NCBI RefSeq assembly: GCF_009914755.1
Contig: NC_060932.1
DNA: 64,000 nucleotides
Source: the human T2T-CHM13v2.0 reference genome, Homo sapiens
Direction: 5' to 3' (one strand)
The notes below the pieces were generated by a model. It did no database searches, was not told where the DNA came from, and worked only from the letters and a program-made list of their open reading frames with translations. Below are positions 11,826 to 26,047 of the stretch, piece by piece. Position 1 is the stretch's first letter; each line of letters opens with the position of its first letter. The position numbers and the translations under genes were made by a program.

Positions 11826-14209
11826 GTATGTGTCACTTAAAAAACTTTCTTTTTCTTGTCTGTGCCTCTCCCCGCCACTCCCAAATGAATTGATTGCCCT
11901 GGAAACAAGGGTAGAAAAAAATGATCTAAGTTCAGTGTTGGTAAACAGCAAAGCATGTTAAAATATAATAGAGGAACATTCCAATTTATTCTGTTGCTGT
12001 CTTCGTTTTAGGGTCAGTTTTCTGCTTTGTAGTTTTACTGCTTACACTCTGGCATAAAGAGTAAGGAAGTAGCGCTGAAAGCATTGTTTTGATGCTGGAG
12101 GAGGATTGGACTTGACTGACACATGAGTTAGTTTGAATGTGTTTCAGGACCAGGTGTTAAAAAAAATTTCCCTTAAGCATCCAGGAACTCAGGAAGGACC
12201 GCTTTTACCCCATGCTGAAATTTGTAAGCAAAGGCTCTAGGAGGTTCCTCCTGTTGGGGTCTTTACTACCATTGATTTGCAACAGGAGAGTGAGGTCAAC
12301 ACATGGGCTGTGCATTCTGGAAAGTCTGAGTCATTCTGTCTGCCCTCTGCCCTACCTCTCCAGCTTTAGTAACCTTTCCCCGCAGTGTGATGATTAGAAC
12401 CTCATATCCTCACCCAGAAGTGGGCTCAGTGGTACTGGCCATGGCACCAGAACAGCTCCCACTGTCCTGCCTCTCTATCCATACCAATACTACCAGAGAG
12501 ACCTGGTGGCCTTTTACAGCATTCCCTAATAAGAGCATAGAACAGGTGTTCACTTTTTTTTGGAAGACACTAAAATGCATTGTGTAAACTGGGCATGCTG
12601 TGAAGGGACTTAGCTGTCGCACTAATTTTTAAATTACCTTTCTGCACATTATTATCTTTATAGGAAGACCCAGGGAGTCTGGAAGGAATATCAAGCTCTT
12701 CAGACTTTGCTGAACAGGAAAATCTATGTTAAATGCAAAACTGAAAAAAACGTTTCTCCATCACATCTTTCTGACCTGTAGTTGACTTGCCCTTTTCTTC
12801 AATGAGTCTAAAATGCAGGGAAATTGCCTGAAGGGCAGCGTTTGAAGACTGTGCTGTGTGTGTCTCTTTAGGTGCTTACTGTCTGTGTATATGTTATCTG
12901 TCCCGGGGCCTGAGGGCAGGACCAGGCCTTCCTGCACCTCAGAGTTCCAGCTTCTGTTGCAAAGCAGGTACACAAAGCCTCCTTTAACTTGCCTGCCATA
13001 AGCGGTAAGATGAAACATGCCCACTGATGAGTAACAGATCTGTCCCCTAAGACGCCTCTCCTTAGAACATGGCATTTGTTGACTCTGGGTGAAGCTTTTA
13101 GCATTTTCAGTCTGTAAGAAGATTTGACCAGTAGCCCTTCTGTTGATTGTCATATTCCCTAGCCAGAAATGTCAATTACCAGTTTTCTTTCTTCATCTGT
13201 TCATTAAGCCTTTTGTATATTTTCACTCTGATTCTCAGGAATTAGTGATGACATGTGTCATTTTCATATCATTGAATTTCCTTAAAGGAATAAGAACACG
13301 ATCATTAAGCAGTTCTTTACTGTGTAGGATTTCAAATATTTGAGAATAGTTTTGTGTTATTTTTAACAGAAAGCAAGTGAAAATAGGCAAATTTATAGTA
13401 TTGTTTAGCTCCTCTAACTCCTACTTATCTGTAGAAATAAGAGTGAGGGCAGTTATGTATAAGTGAAATAAGTCTACAATCAGCTTATTTCCAAAAAGCT
13501 TATTTTGGGCAATAATGTTATCCTTTAACGACTTGTCAGAGGTTATAAAATTGGTTGATGTGGGTTTCCTATCTCCTGGTGCATCTGGGAATGATGACTC
13601 CATGGGGAATCTTTTCCCATCTGTTAGGGTAATGAGGAAAAGAGGAGTCAGGAGGAAGGCAGAACGCAGAGGACTGGGAACCTGGGAAACCAGCAGACCA
13701 AGTGGTCACTTTGTGAATTGTTATGTGTAGGCTGTTGTATGAGAGAGCTGTTGGAGCCATCATGCTTTTAGAATGAGAGCTGTACTGCCAGACAAAGTGC
13801 CCATGTGTGTTTTCCCCGATGCCCCTGTCAGCTCTTCATCTGGGCTTTTTGTCCTGGGAGGAGCCCTTTCCACACTGGGTCTATTTTGTGCCCTGGTTGA
13901 CTTGTCTGGTCTGTGGCTCTCCAGAGGCTTATATTCCATAGAGATTCTTACCTTACAAACTCCCAGACAGCTCTCCCATATTAAGAGTGAAGCAGGGTCT
14001 CGCTAGAATCTTTCTGTGTGGTTAGGAGCCAAAGAGGCCTGAAATGGGCTTGTTTTGGAAACCTACATTATCTATTTTTGAGTAGTTTCAGAACTATCCT
14101 CTGATTGAGACCTGCCTTCTAAGAGAGATCCAAAGATCTCAAGATCAAATAGCTATCTGATTAGTGGGGATGCCTGGCTCCACTGCCCCTCAGGGATTCC
14201 TCTGTGTGT

Positions 14210-14375
14210 GTCAGCATCTTTAATAGGCACTCCACAAGCATTTTATCATTTAGTCTCATTACCTCTTGAGGGACTATTATTATCTTCATTTTTTTGACTG
14301 AGGGAAGCCATGCTTGGAAAGGCTATATCATCTGCCCATGGTCCTAGAGCTGGGATAGGAAGTCAGGCCTTCCTG
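14210..14375 (-). mobile_element. MIR fragment
   Basis: actattattatcttcatttttttgactgagggaagc. Confidence 0.55.
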
Positions 14376-15227
14376 ACTCTACAACCCTGTACTTTCTTCC
14401 TACTGGTTGTGCTGCCCATATTTCCTGGAGGTCCCTCGAAACTGTTGCCTCCCCACCAACTTCCTGCAGCCCTGTCCTCCCCCAGTGCTCACCTGGCAAG
14501 ACCCCCAACCCTGGATTTACCTTTCTGCTTCCAAACAGAGGCAACTGGTATTTAAAGGGGGCAAAAAACCCTAAACTATAAAACTATGCTGATTAACATC
14601 ACTAAAATGACTTGTCCCCTCCCTCAGCTGAGCATTCTGCATCACCCATTCATCCTTTTAGACATCACTGGTCAGCTCCCACTCCGACTTGGCACAGAAC
14701 ACTTCCAAACCATCACTGCTCTGCTGCAGCCTCTTGTCTGCCTCTAATCTTAGCAGAGCTTCAAACTTCTTGGAGAAATTGAGGCCATCAGAACATTTTA
14801 TCTACCTTATTTACAAGGTGATTTATGGCCACATCAATCCTTGTCTTCTTGCCAGTTTGAGTATTAACCCTCTATCATCCTCTATCTATCTGTCCTCTAT
14901 CTATCTGTCCAACCTGTTACCTCAATCCTTTGAAGCCCCTCACTACCTTCTGTTTTTTTCTGGGACTTTGCTCTGTTAATCAGACTTCCTCAACTACTCT
15001 ACTTTTATTCTCTCACTCTTTTCAGACTCTCTCAGTCTAAAAACATACTCATATTTTAACAAATCTAAACCCCAAACCAAACAAAAAGACCTAGGTCCCC
15101 TCTAGCTACTGTCAAGTCTCTCTTGTCTTTTCACCCAAACCCCTAGAAGAATAATCCAGACTGCTGGCTTTCAATATCTTTTCCCATTCTTTCTCTCATA
15201 ATATTTGGCTTTTGTTTTTACCACTGC

Positions 15228-16139
15228 ACTAACTGGGATCCAACTAGACAAAAAGAAACTACTTCCATTATTTGCAAAGAAAATATAATGCAGGGAAATT
15301 GATTATATAGGAGGTGGAGGAACTGAGTAACCAAACAGAGGATGGCAAGTTATATTAGTCTGTTCTTGAACTGCTGTAAAGAATGACCTGAGACTGGATA
15401 ATTTATAGAGAAAAGAGGTTTAATCAGCTCATGGTTCTGTGGGCTGTACAGGCTTCTGCTTCTGGGGAGGCCTCAGGAAACTTACAATCATGACAGAAGG
15501 CAAAGGAAAAGTAGGCAAATATTCATATGGCCAGCAGGAGAGAGCGAGAGCAAGAGAGCACGTGAGCACCAAACGGGAGGTGCTACACACTTTCAAACAA
15601 CCAGATCTCATGACAACTCTATTGTGAAACAGCACTAGGGTGATAGTGCTAAACCATTAGAAAACACTCCCATATTCTAATCACTTCCCACTAGGCTCCA
15701 CCTTCAACTTTGGGAATTACAATTCAAGATAAGATTTGGGCGGGGACACAAATCCAAACCATATCATGAGGTATCCCAGAGATAGCGATAGCTGGAAGCT
15801 GCTACTACACCTAAAATGGAGGGACAAAGTGCAAATGGCGTTATCACACACTGGGTCTGAGATCACCAACAAAGGCTAGGACCTTGGATTGGCTGTCCTG
15901 CTAGAGGTAGCTGAAGCCACAGAGGGGATTCAGGCCAGGAAACGGCAGACATGCCATTCAGGGAGAGAGAAGAAGCAGAAATATGTGTTCTCTCTGCCGC
16001 CTTCACCCATGCCTCCCAGCCGGAAACCAGCTGACACCAGAGCCTGGGAAGTGCATCCTGCAGGGCCAGCCACCCTGGTCACAGAATGAGAGGAAGGGTA
16101 GGAATGAATCTGAGGGCTAACAAACCCAGGACCAGCACA
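15228..16139 (-). mobile_element. LTR33-like ERVL LTR split by MSTA
   Basis: aatgcagggaaattgattatataggaggtggaggaactgagtaaccaaacag...gaagctgctactacacctaaaatggagggacaaag. Confidence 0.65.
15351..15766 (-). mobile_element. MSTA-like MaLR solo LTR
   Basis: tatattagtctgttcttgaactgctgtaaagaatgacctgagactgg...caaatccaaaccatatca. Confidence 0.9.
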
Positions 16140-16591
16140 TCATGCAAGGACAATGATGACTTTCTGAGTGCCAAAACCAGTGGGATTTTAGTTTTTCTAT
16201 TAGTGGATCTCTCTGAATTACGCTGTTGATTACTTTCTCCTTGGAACTCTCCTCTGTTTTGGCATCTGAGAGACAGTGTGCTCACTCCATTCTGTTCTAT
16301 TGTCTTTAGAGATTTCTCCTTCCATATCCCCATACCTGCCTCTTAAATACTGGTGTTCTCCAGGTTCAGTTCTTCATCCTCAAGGTATTAACTCCCATAA
16401 AGATTCTAGTAACTTTCAAATGTTTCTCTAGCTGATACCTTTCTCTTGAAATTTGGGCCTGTATTGACCAATTTGTGCCTCCTATTGCCACTTCAGATTT
16501 AACAGGAACAAAACCAAACTCATCATTTCCCTCAAATTTCCATTTCATTCTCCTTTGTTTCCTACCCTTCTCCATGGTGCTACTACCCATC

Positions 16592-16950
16592 TGTCAGACA
16601 TTGAGAACAGCCTGAGATTTTATTCTAATTGTCAGCTAACAAATTTGCCTACCACAGTTTCATAGATGTGGACATAAGTCTTCTGGGTCAGAGACAAGGA
16701 ACTTTCTTACTCATGGCAAAACAAGCATCCTGAGCTTCAAGATGGTGTTGGTTTCCCTTGCCCCGCAAGTCCCACAGAGACACCATGGAGTGCTTCAGGT
16801 GGGGGCTATACATATGTGAGTTGGCATCACTATGGAGGGACACTGAACTTAGGGACCCCAGAGGCTGTATAGATAGCCCTACAATAATCTAGGCAAAGAT
16901 AAGGCTTACCCTTTCATGAGGAAATTTTGATTTCAGTTTCTGTGCCTTGT
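16592..16950 (-). mobile_element. LTR40-like ERVL LTR
   Basis: gctaacaaatttgcctaccacagtttcatagatg...gggtcagagacaaggaactttcttactca. Confidence 0.6.
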
Positions 16951-17434
16951 TTCCATTGTGACTACTGTCTCCTTTATCTTTTGGTTTCCTGTTCAGCTGA
17001 AGAGCTGTTTTCATCCTCCAAGCCTCAGCTGCCTCACCTGCCACCCATCCACCACTCTGGTAACTTTTCTTTTCTCAATGACGCTAAGAAATGTCATGGG
17101 TTCCTTTGTTTCAGAGCTTCTTGCATAATAATTGTTTATAGGTCTGCCTTCTCATCCAACTGTGAGCCTCTGGAAGGGCTCTGACGTTGTTGTAGCCCTC
17201 ACTGATGGCACTGTCAGGCATCCAGTGGAGCTTGGCACCATCTAACAATGCCCTGCACCGTTCATATCATGCTGCTTCTGCAGCCTTTGTTCGATTTCTT
17301 CTAAAATGATCTGTGGCACCAATGTGGTTAATCCATCTAGGTTTTAGCCTGACATTATAGGAGTGCTAAATTGTGAGAGTAACTGTTTGTTTAATAAGAT
17401 GGTTAAGGAAAAAATGGTAAAAATAACCATTACT

Positions 17435-17457
17435 TTTTTTTTTTTTTTTTTTTTTTT
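17435..17457. repeat. Poly-T run
   Basis: ~23 consecutive T. Confidence 0.95.
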
Positions 17458-17943
17458 GAGTACCTGCTATGTACCCTGGTGGTAATGACAGGTAGAAACT
17501 CTACTGCTCACCTAAAGAGAAATTAGCCTCAAACTTTCACCTTGCTCTGGTTATTTTACATTTCTGTTAACAATATTGAAGAATTTACCCTTTTTTATTA
17601 TGAAGACTTAAAAGAGTGAGTTTGGAGGAAGCTGTCTTTAATCAAGTTTGGATGACATTTTGGGAGACTTAGCAGCTGGCAAGCAGAAGAGAGCCTGGCA
17701 AGCACACAGGCACACACATTTCAGAATGGCATCCAGTCTCTCTTCTTATTCCTTGAGCAAATTCAAATTTGGTCAGGCTTCTTTCCATTTCTGCAAATTC
17801 TGAAAATTCCAAAATCATTTTGGTCTAACCTCATTGGAAAAACCATGTAACTACTTTCATAATGAATTGATAACCAGTCAAATATTTTTCATGCATTTCA
17901 CATAAAAAGATAGATCCACCCACCAGAGGATTAATAGAAGAAA

Positions 17944-18430
<487 letters not shown>

Positions 18431-19116
18431 TAAAGCTGATCAAAACTATGGTTTTATTTTTAATCAATAAAAATGTGAGGGAAAATAGGTTTTTTAATGC
18501 TTCGTAATCTAGAGGCATGAGACATTCTCTTTTTTTTTAAGCCATTTTTAAAAGACAGTAGAAAATTCTGTATGTGGTGGAATTGTGTTTGTTAAATTTA
18601 TAAATACTGTTTTTCTTAATGAAAGGCCATCTAAAGCTTAAGCCAAATTTTGGAGTCTTATTCTGTGTGACATAAGTGACAATTAAGAAGTGACAATGGT
18701 GTATTTGTTGTATTCAATATGACACAATTAATTTGGATGAGTTGCTTTTTTGACAACTAAGTAGTGCTCGGAATTCATTGTTTTTTCTCTGTTTTCCCTG
18801 AACATAGATAAAGAAGCTATATACCTTTTACAGCATCCTAGATGTTTTAGCTTTTTGCTGCTACCAGTGTTTCTCACTCTAACTTGTCCTATAAACCAGG
18901 GTATTAAATGTTTAAAGACAGGCTCCATGGATGAATGAAAAAGTGAGAGATAGTGGTGGGTAGGGCAGAAAGAAGGCAGACAGAACAGGACATAGTTTTG
19001 CTTTTCTAAGTAGCATTCAGAAATAATTGCTATATATTGCATCTAAACTTTTGGATATTTAAAAGTAATTCTGATTTTTTAATCTTTTTTATTTTCAAAA
19101 GCCCTATATTTTTTGT

Positions 19117-19334
19117 AGCATAAAACTACCCTAAGTCCCAACAATAGTGACTTTTATGAAATTGCTTTAGGTTTTACAGAAATCGAGACCACTTTGTTAG
19201 GTATAAAGCATATTACCTGGATTTTTATTGATATAAGCATTTGGATTATATGTATGACGTACAGCACTGAGATCGGGTTCCTGAAGAATTGTTCGATTAT
19301 TCTGTTTGAGATGGAGTCTTGCTCTGTTGCCCAG
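19117..19334 (+). repeat. Dispersed direct duplication, copy 2, ending in ~30 nt of Alu 3' end
   Basis: agcataaaac...agtgacttttatgaaattgctttaggttttacagaaatc...tttgagatggagtcttgctctgttgcccag. Confidence 0.9.
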
Positions 19335-21782
19335 AAGATTTAACTAGCATTGAAAAACAGAAAAATTTGCAGATTGCTGTCTCATTGAAAATAGTATGAG
19401 TTTATTCCTTCTTTTATTTGTCTGTCATTAAAATTTGCTGTCCCATAAAGCCAGCTCATTTGGAGACCGTCGAATCCCCCTAGATGTTTTACCTGCAGTT
19501 CATGTGTTACCTATGTACATATAGTACATCGGGTTAGAACACACACGCAAAAGTGCTAGGGCTTCCTCAAGTGTGGCCAGGCAACAGACTTAAAACAACA
19601 CCTAGTCTGTTTTCATTTTGGTATAAAAATAAAATTCTTCATTAAGAAAATTTAAATATTTAACAGCTTATTATAATTAGAAATTCAGAGATACTATATA
19701 GTTCCAGACCAAGAATTAAAGAAACACAAATATTATTGTACGAATCAGTAATCACTTTGAGTGTCAAGCTTGGATCCTAGTCAAAGATTCTTGCCAGATA
19801 CTTGACGTTCTCATAGTGCTGTAATTACTACTTTGTAGTTTTACTGCTGGTTGGCTTTTTAATGCTATTTATTGCTGTCATCAGTTAACTGGTCTCCTTA
19901 TGGCTAACAAAGAATTCTTATCTATAGCAAGTGGCTTCTCCTCTCTTTTTTTCCCCATCCATAAAGCTAAAATTATGAATGCTATGATTATCCTACTTTT
20001 AGCCAATAGTATATTCTTCTAGCTTCCTCTTCCTTCTTCATCAATATTCAATTAATGTTGAATAACATATTCATATAGCTCTTGGAGTTTCTTAACTATA
20101 CTTTCTTTTTGTTTACCGAATCTGCTGTATTTTAAAAAGAGATATCCATCTATTTCTCCATCCATCCATCCAGGCAGCCTCTTAATGGAGTATGATATTT
20201 TTAATCTGAAAGTTTTGAAATACAAGTTGAACTTAAGTCAAATAGCAGCTTCTTCATGACAAATTAACTATTTGCCTCATACTTTCAAGCAAAGTATGAA
20301 ACAAAATATTTAATGATTCAAAACTTGAAAATAACATGCTTATAAAGAATGATATTTTTAAAGTAACAAACCTGATACTCCTTGATGTAATAGGAAGGTA
20401 AATAGGATCCAAACATAAACGTAACACTTTTGTTATGTAAATGACAGATTGGCCTTTGATTTGAGGGAGGCAAAAATTATAAATTTATAAAGTTTGAAAT
20501 CAGTATATTAAAGTGATTTAAGAGGGAAATTAACAGAAAAATGATTATTACAAAGGCAAGGAACATCTTAAAAAGGAAAATTTGGTCAGTTCTCAGAAGG
20601 TAAAAGAATTTAGCTCAGAGCAGCAGGAGTAGCAAAAAAATGGATGTGTCAGACAACTGTACCTGGCATATGGCAACAGAATTATGTTCAATTGCTTCTC
20701 GTGAAAGTAAACAAATATATCTGTCCTTGAAGAGAATATTGATTAAGTGAAGGTATTTAATACTATAATTTGAACTGAATAGCTCTTTTCCTCTCCAATC
20801 ATACCAGCATTGCTTTAAAAAAATCTTATTAAAGGGATCAATATAGATTCTGATAGGTTAAAAACAGCTTCCGTGCTGGGAATTTTTATAGCTACATCTA
20901 ACCAGTACTATTGGTTACAATATAGTGTAAGTAATTGTTTAGCAAAATCTATAATTACCTCTAGAAGAATGTATAATTTATTAATATGCATAATGTATAA
21001 ATTACATATTATGAATTAGCATGCATGATATATGAAAACACATATGAACTATATTATCTAGGGCATGTTAGTATTTTTACCCCCCAAAAAGTTGCTCAGG
21101 AAACTACATTTTATAATTCATTTATGTTCAAGACAAAAGAGCATTTGCCTTTAGATAAGAATATATTTATGTTTATCATCTAGCACCAAACTAGCTTTTT
21201 TCCAGTGGACTCGGGTCCAGCAGAGTGATCTTACCTGCATGTCACAGCTGCTTTACTTCTTCATCCAGGGGCGTCCTGTGGATATGTGTCTGGGTTCTCC
21301 CCAGAGGGGAAGATGAGGTTGCCTTGGCCAATGGCTTTTCCTGTTGCCAGCTAATCCCTGGTTATTTGTGGATCCAAAACAAGAGCAATTGGAGAAATGG
21401 AATCCTTCCAATTCTTGAGCCTGGTGCTATTCATCATTTCCTAAAACCATTTAATACTTAGCACCCAGAAAATTGTCCATTAAATTATGACAGAAAAGTA
21501 ATTCCATACCCTGTCTTTCCAGCCACTTTAGTCCTGGATTTAGTCATTGGCACTGTAGAACATAAAATCAGATAGTCTAGCATACATGAAAAAAAAGCAA
21601 CATTTTTGTGAAGATGACTTTTCTTGTCACTTCTCTACATGGACATTTCTAAATGCCATGAGGAATTTCTATGGCAGGCGATTTAAGTAAATATAAAAAT
21701 GAGAACAATGTAAGTTAATTTTTTTGACCTCCATTTATGTTGTTCAAAAATTATGTGAAAACTACTGAATTTAAAATCACAA

Positions 21783-22050
21783 TATCTTAGTCTATTTGGG
21801 CTGCTATGACAAAATATCATAAACTGGGTGGCTTGTAAACAACAGAAATTTCTTTCTCACAGTTCTGGAGGCTGGGAAGTCCAAGATCAAGGCACCAGCA
21901 AAGTCAGTGTCTGGTGAGGGCCTGCTTCCTTGATGACTGTCTTTTCTCTGTAACCTCACATGATGAAAGGGGTGGGGCTCTCTCTGCAGTCCCTTTTATA
22001 AGGGCACTAATCCCATTCATGAGGGCTTCATTGTCATGACCTAATCACCC
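21783..22050 (-). mobile_element. MLT1A-type MaLR LTR, truncated
   Basis: tcttagtctatttgggctgctatgacaaaatatcataaactgggtggcttgtaaacaacagaaattt. Confidence 0.85.
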
Positions 22051-22661
22051 AGACTGGAGTGCAGTGGTGCCATCTTGGCTTATTGCAACCTCCACCTCCT
22101 TGGTTCAAGCAATTCTCATGCCCTAGCCTCCTGTATTAGTTCGTTTTCATGCTGCTGATAAAGACGTACCTGAGATTGGGCAATTTATCAAAAAAAGAGG
22201 TTTAATGGACTTACAGTTCCATATGGCTGGGGAGGCCTCACAATCATGGCAGAATGTGAAAGGTACATCTCACATGGCAGCAGACAAGAGAAGAGAGCTT
22301 GTGCGGGGAAAACTCTCCTTTTTAAAACTAACAAATCTCGTGAGACTTATCCACTATTATGAGGACAGCATGGGAAAAACCTGCCCCCATGATTCAATTA
22401 TCTCCCAACAGGTCCCTCCCACAACATGTCGGAATTCAAGATGAGATTTGGGTGGGGACACAGGCAAATCATATCACCTCCTGAGTAGCTGGGATTATAG
22501 GCATGCACCACCACGCACAGCTAATTTTTGTATTTTTTAGTAGAGACAGGGTTTCACCAGCCTGTTGGCCAGGCTGGTCTTGAAGTCCTGGGCTCAAGTG
22601 TTCCTGCCACTTCAGCTTCCCAAAGTGCTGGAATTACAGGCATGAGCCACCACACCTGGCC
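22045..22661 (-). mobile_element. Alu lacking its 3' end and tail, split by THE1
   Basis: Alu arms 22045-22131 and 22477-22661 rejoin at gcctcc|tgagtagctggg. Confidence 0.9.
22132..22476 (-). mobile_element. THE1B-like solo LTR inserted in the Alu
   Basis: tgtattag...atatca termini; perfect 5-bp TSD cctcc. Confidence 0.92.
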
Positions 22662-24026
22662 TTCAATTTTCATTTTTTGACACCTGAGAAAAAAGGATTC
22701 TCATACTTTTCAAAGGTTTTGTTCATTTATGTGTCAATGTGAGATCTTTTTCTTCTAGGCTGTTATGTTCACCATTTTAATGAGATTATGTTTGCTTTTG
22801 TACCATGGGTTAAAGAAAAATTTAGAATAAATCTTTGAAAGTTATCTGGTCAGAATATGTCTTCTGAAAGCATGATCACACCAGTGGAGGAAAGTAACTT
22901 TTGCCTTTGATCTTCCTACACTATAGGAAAGCTAGTAAGTCTGAAAATATATCCTACCCCATTTCCTGGTAAAGTAATAGAAAGCCATTGATTTGACTTA
23001 ATAATCAGCAATTGGTAAATACCCTACAAATGGGTGAAAACTATAGAGATATCTAGGGTAACTTAAAAGCGACAGGTTTGTGTGACTCTCTAAGTTTCTC
23101 CTATGTCCATTACTAGAGAGTGTAGGGCACATGTGTGGGGTGGGGGATAAGAAAGAGTTGTCCTAAATTATGAATTCAAGAATTTTGAAAAACCAATAGA
23201 AGAAAAATGCAAATTGGGAGTTACTTGGATTTTGCAATCCTCATCCTCAGATTTTTGCCGAATACTCTGCCATCCTGGCTATGGCATGTTATTTGAGTAT
23301 GAGTGGCTGGGTCAGCTAAGAATGCTGCTTGTACAGTAGAACTGGGGGAGTAGCCCAAGATGGTTATGCCAGTTCATGGACGTTAAAACAAGTTTGCATA
23401 TAAAACAAGAAACCATAACTAATTAACACCAGACAGGTGGTCTTGATGGAAATTTGAAATCCAAACTGGGTCAGCAGGGAATACAGACTTGGCAGACAAA
23501 ACTGTAACTGAAATGATTCCCCAAGACCCGCCAAGTGAGCCTTCAGCCAACTGCCCTTACGAAAAAGCTTCCTGTGCCAGTCATTTCTGGGAAAATTGAG
23601 CCAAGGACAAATGACTGTAGTTCTTAAAATGAGTGTGATTACATTAAGATTTCAGGGCATTAAGATTTATAAGAGCTGAAGTAGGATCAGCATGGATGCT
23701 GTTCCATGTACATTTATTAATAGCAAGGAGGCCCATGGGAGGGTTTGGCTGAGCTCTCAACAAAAGAGGGGGTAGAAGGTTTGCTGGAACAAGTTGGAAC
23801 TGAGAGAGGGAAATATTTAGACCCCCATTGGGAGCCAGAGCAAAATGAGATACCAATAAGGATTGAACTATCTGGAGTAACAGCCGGAATAGCTGTAGTG
23901 TTGGGAGTGAAAAATAAGTTTTACTGCTAGATGATCATCAACAGAATGAAGGCTGAGAGGGTGAGATGATAAATACAGCGATAGAGAAAAGTCTGAGGTG
24001 TGATTTCTATCACGGTGCATGATGAG

Positions 24027-24037
24027 ATGACTCAGCA
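24027..24037 (+). promoter_or_regulatory. Consensus ARE/MARE (NRF2/BACH1/NF-E2-sMAF) site
   Basis: ATGACTCAGCA in unique sequence; motif match only. Confidence 0.35.
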
Positions 24038-24099
24038 ACATACCTTTGCTTTTCTTTCTCTTCCTCCCCAAAGGGGCACATAAAATGGTGGGATGTCAG

Positions 24100-24250
24100 T
24101 CCTAGATGGGCCCTTAGAGATGATCTGGTTCACAGCCCTCATTTTACAGCTGAAGAAGCTGCAGCCTGGAGGGGAAGTGCCTCACCAAAGGCCACACAGT
24201 GAATTCTTTAGCAGAGCAGTCGGGAAACCTGAGTCTTGACTCTTTCCATT
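24100..24250 (-). mobile_element. MIR/MIR3 fragment
   Basis: ccctcattttacagctgaagaagctgcagcctggagggg...aaggccacacag. Confidence 0.7.
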
Positions 24251-25524
24251 TGTTGCCCTTTCTACCTCAAGACCAGCAAATGCTATTTTTGCTACTGACA
24301 CATTCACCCACTTTATTTGTATTTAAATTCAAAGATGAACAGAGGTTCTGAAGAAAACTGGAACAACCTAAACAATAGCTGGATAATTTCACGTGAATGG
24401 ATAGGAATATGAAATCAGTAGGTTTTAAGTAGTTAGCACTGTTCTGAACTGAGCATGAGCTTATTGGAAAATGGTTCTCTTTTAGAAAGATTTTACTTTT
24501 TCCAATTATTAAAAATCAGTCCACTTATCATAAGAACCGGAAAGTACAAGACTGTTTGAAATAAATAACATATGATCCTACTATTGAGAAATAACCATGG
24601 CTAATATTTTGATATTTTTTTCCAGGTTTTTCTAAGCATATTGTGTTTTATAAAAATTAAATCATAATATACACATCATTTTAAAAAATCAGCCTTATTG
24701 AGATATAATTTTCATATTATAAAATAAACCAATTTTCAGGGACTACTTGGATGAGTTCCAGCAAGTGCAATTAAAACTCTCAGCTATTTGTGTCTCCAAG
24801 AACAACTTCTTGCCTGTTTTGCTGCACATAGTTCCACCTGCCCCAAGATCCTTCATGTTTTCTGGTCTCTTTATTCACCTTCCCTCAATTTTAAATCAGG
24901 GTTCTCTCTGGGTTAGTGGAGAGGGATGAGTGGGGAAGGGGAAGAAAGAGGCTTCATTACTCACCACTAGAGATGTTATTTCATTGCTTATCAAAAGACA
25001 GCTTTGCTCCCTAAAAGGGTCTTCCTCTCTCTTACACCATAGAAATAATTTGGATCTTTTCAGTATTCAGTCTTCCTATTCATGAACCTGGTATGTTTCA
25101 GCATGGTTTTATTTCTTTTTTTCCAGAGACAACCATTTTTTAATTTCCTTTTAACTCCTACATCACAGACTCACTGTTGCCATCTTCTGAGTCACAATCC
25201 TCATCTTAATACCATTATGAGTTCCTGCCCAGAATAATACTAATACTGCTGCAGCTGATATTTAGGATATAGTGCTTGTAATATATCACATCACTTAATT
25301 CCTCTAGCAACCTTGTAAGGTGGTCCTTGCTATTCTCAGAGTTGAGAACATTATTGCTGGTAGTGGTTATAAGTATTTCTTCCTTATTGTTTTAATCAAT
25401 ATGTTTGTATATAGTAAATATATTTATTTTCTTCTTTTGCTTATACCCTTATCATCTAGCATGAATTTATTAATACTGAATTTTATATCACAGTATTTAA
25501 TAGGCTATCAAAAGAGAAGGACAG

Positions 25525-25665
25525 GGCTGAGCACAGTGGCTTATGCCTGTAATCCCAGCACTTTAGGAGGCCAAGGTGGGGGGATCTTTTGAACTAAGGA
25601 GTTTGAGACCAGCCTGGGCAACAGAGTGAGATCCTGTCTCTCAAAAATAAATAAGCAAAATAATT
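25525..25665 (+). mobile_element. Alu monomer (FLAM_C-like)
   Basis: Single arm followed directly by an A-rich tail. Confidence 0.85.
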
Positions 25666-25721
25666 TAAAACTAAAAAAATTTTTAATGTTTTTATTTAAA
25701 AATAAATATATATACACTTAA

Positions 25722-26047
<326 letters not shown>

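Larger units (their letters stand above)
14580..16591 (+). mobile_element. L2 fragments interrupted by LTR33/MST
   Basis: L2-like text, e.g. aatgatgactttctgagtgccaaaaccagtgg and cctcttaaatactggtgttctccagg. Confidence 0.6.

Noticed and set aside
12761-13153. Longest ORF (130 aa, minus strand)
   Set aside because: Non-ATG start, no recognisable domain, and length compatible with chance in 64 kb.
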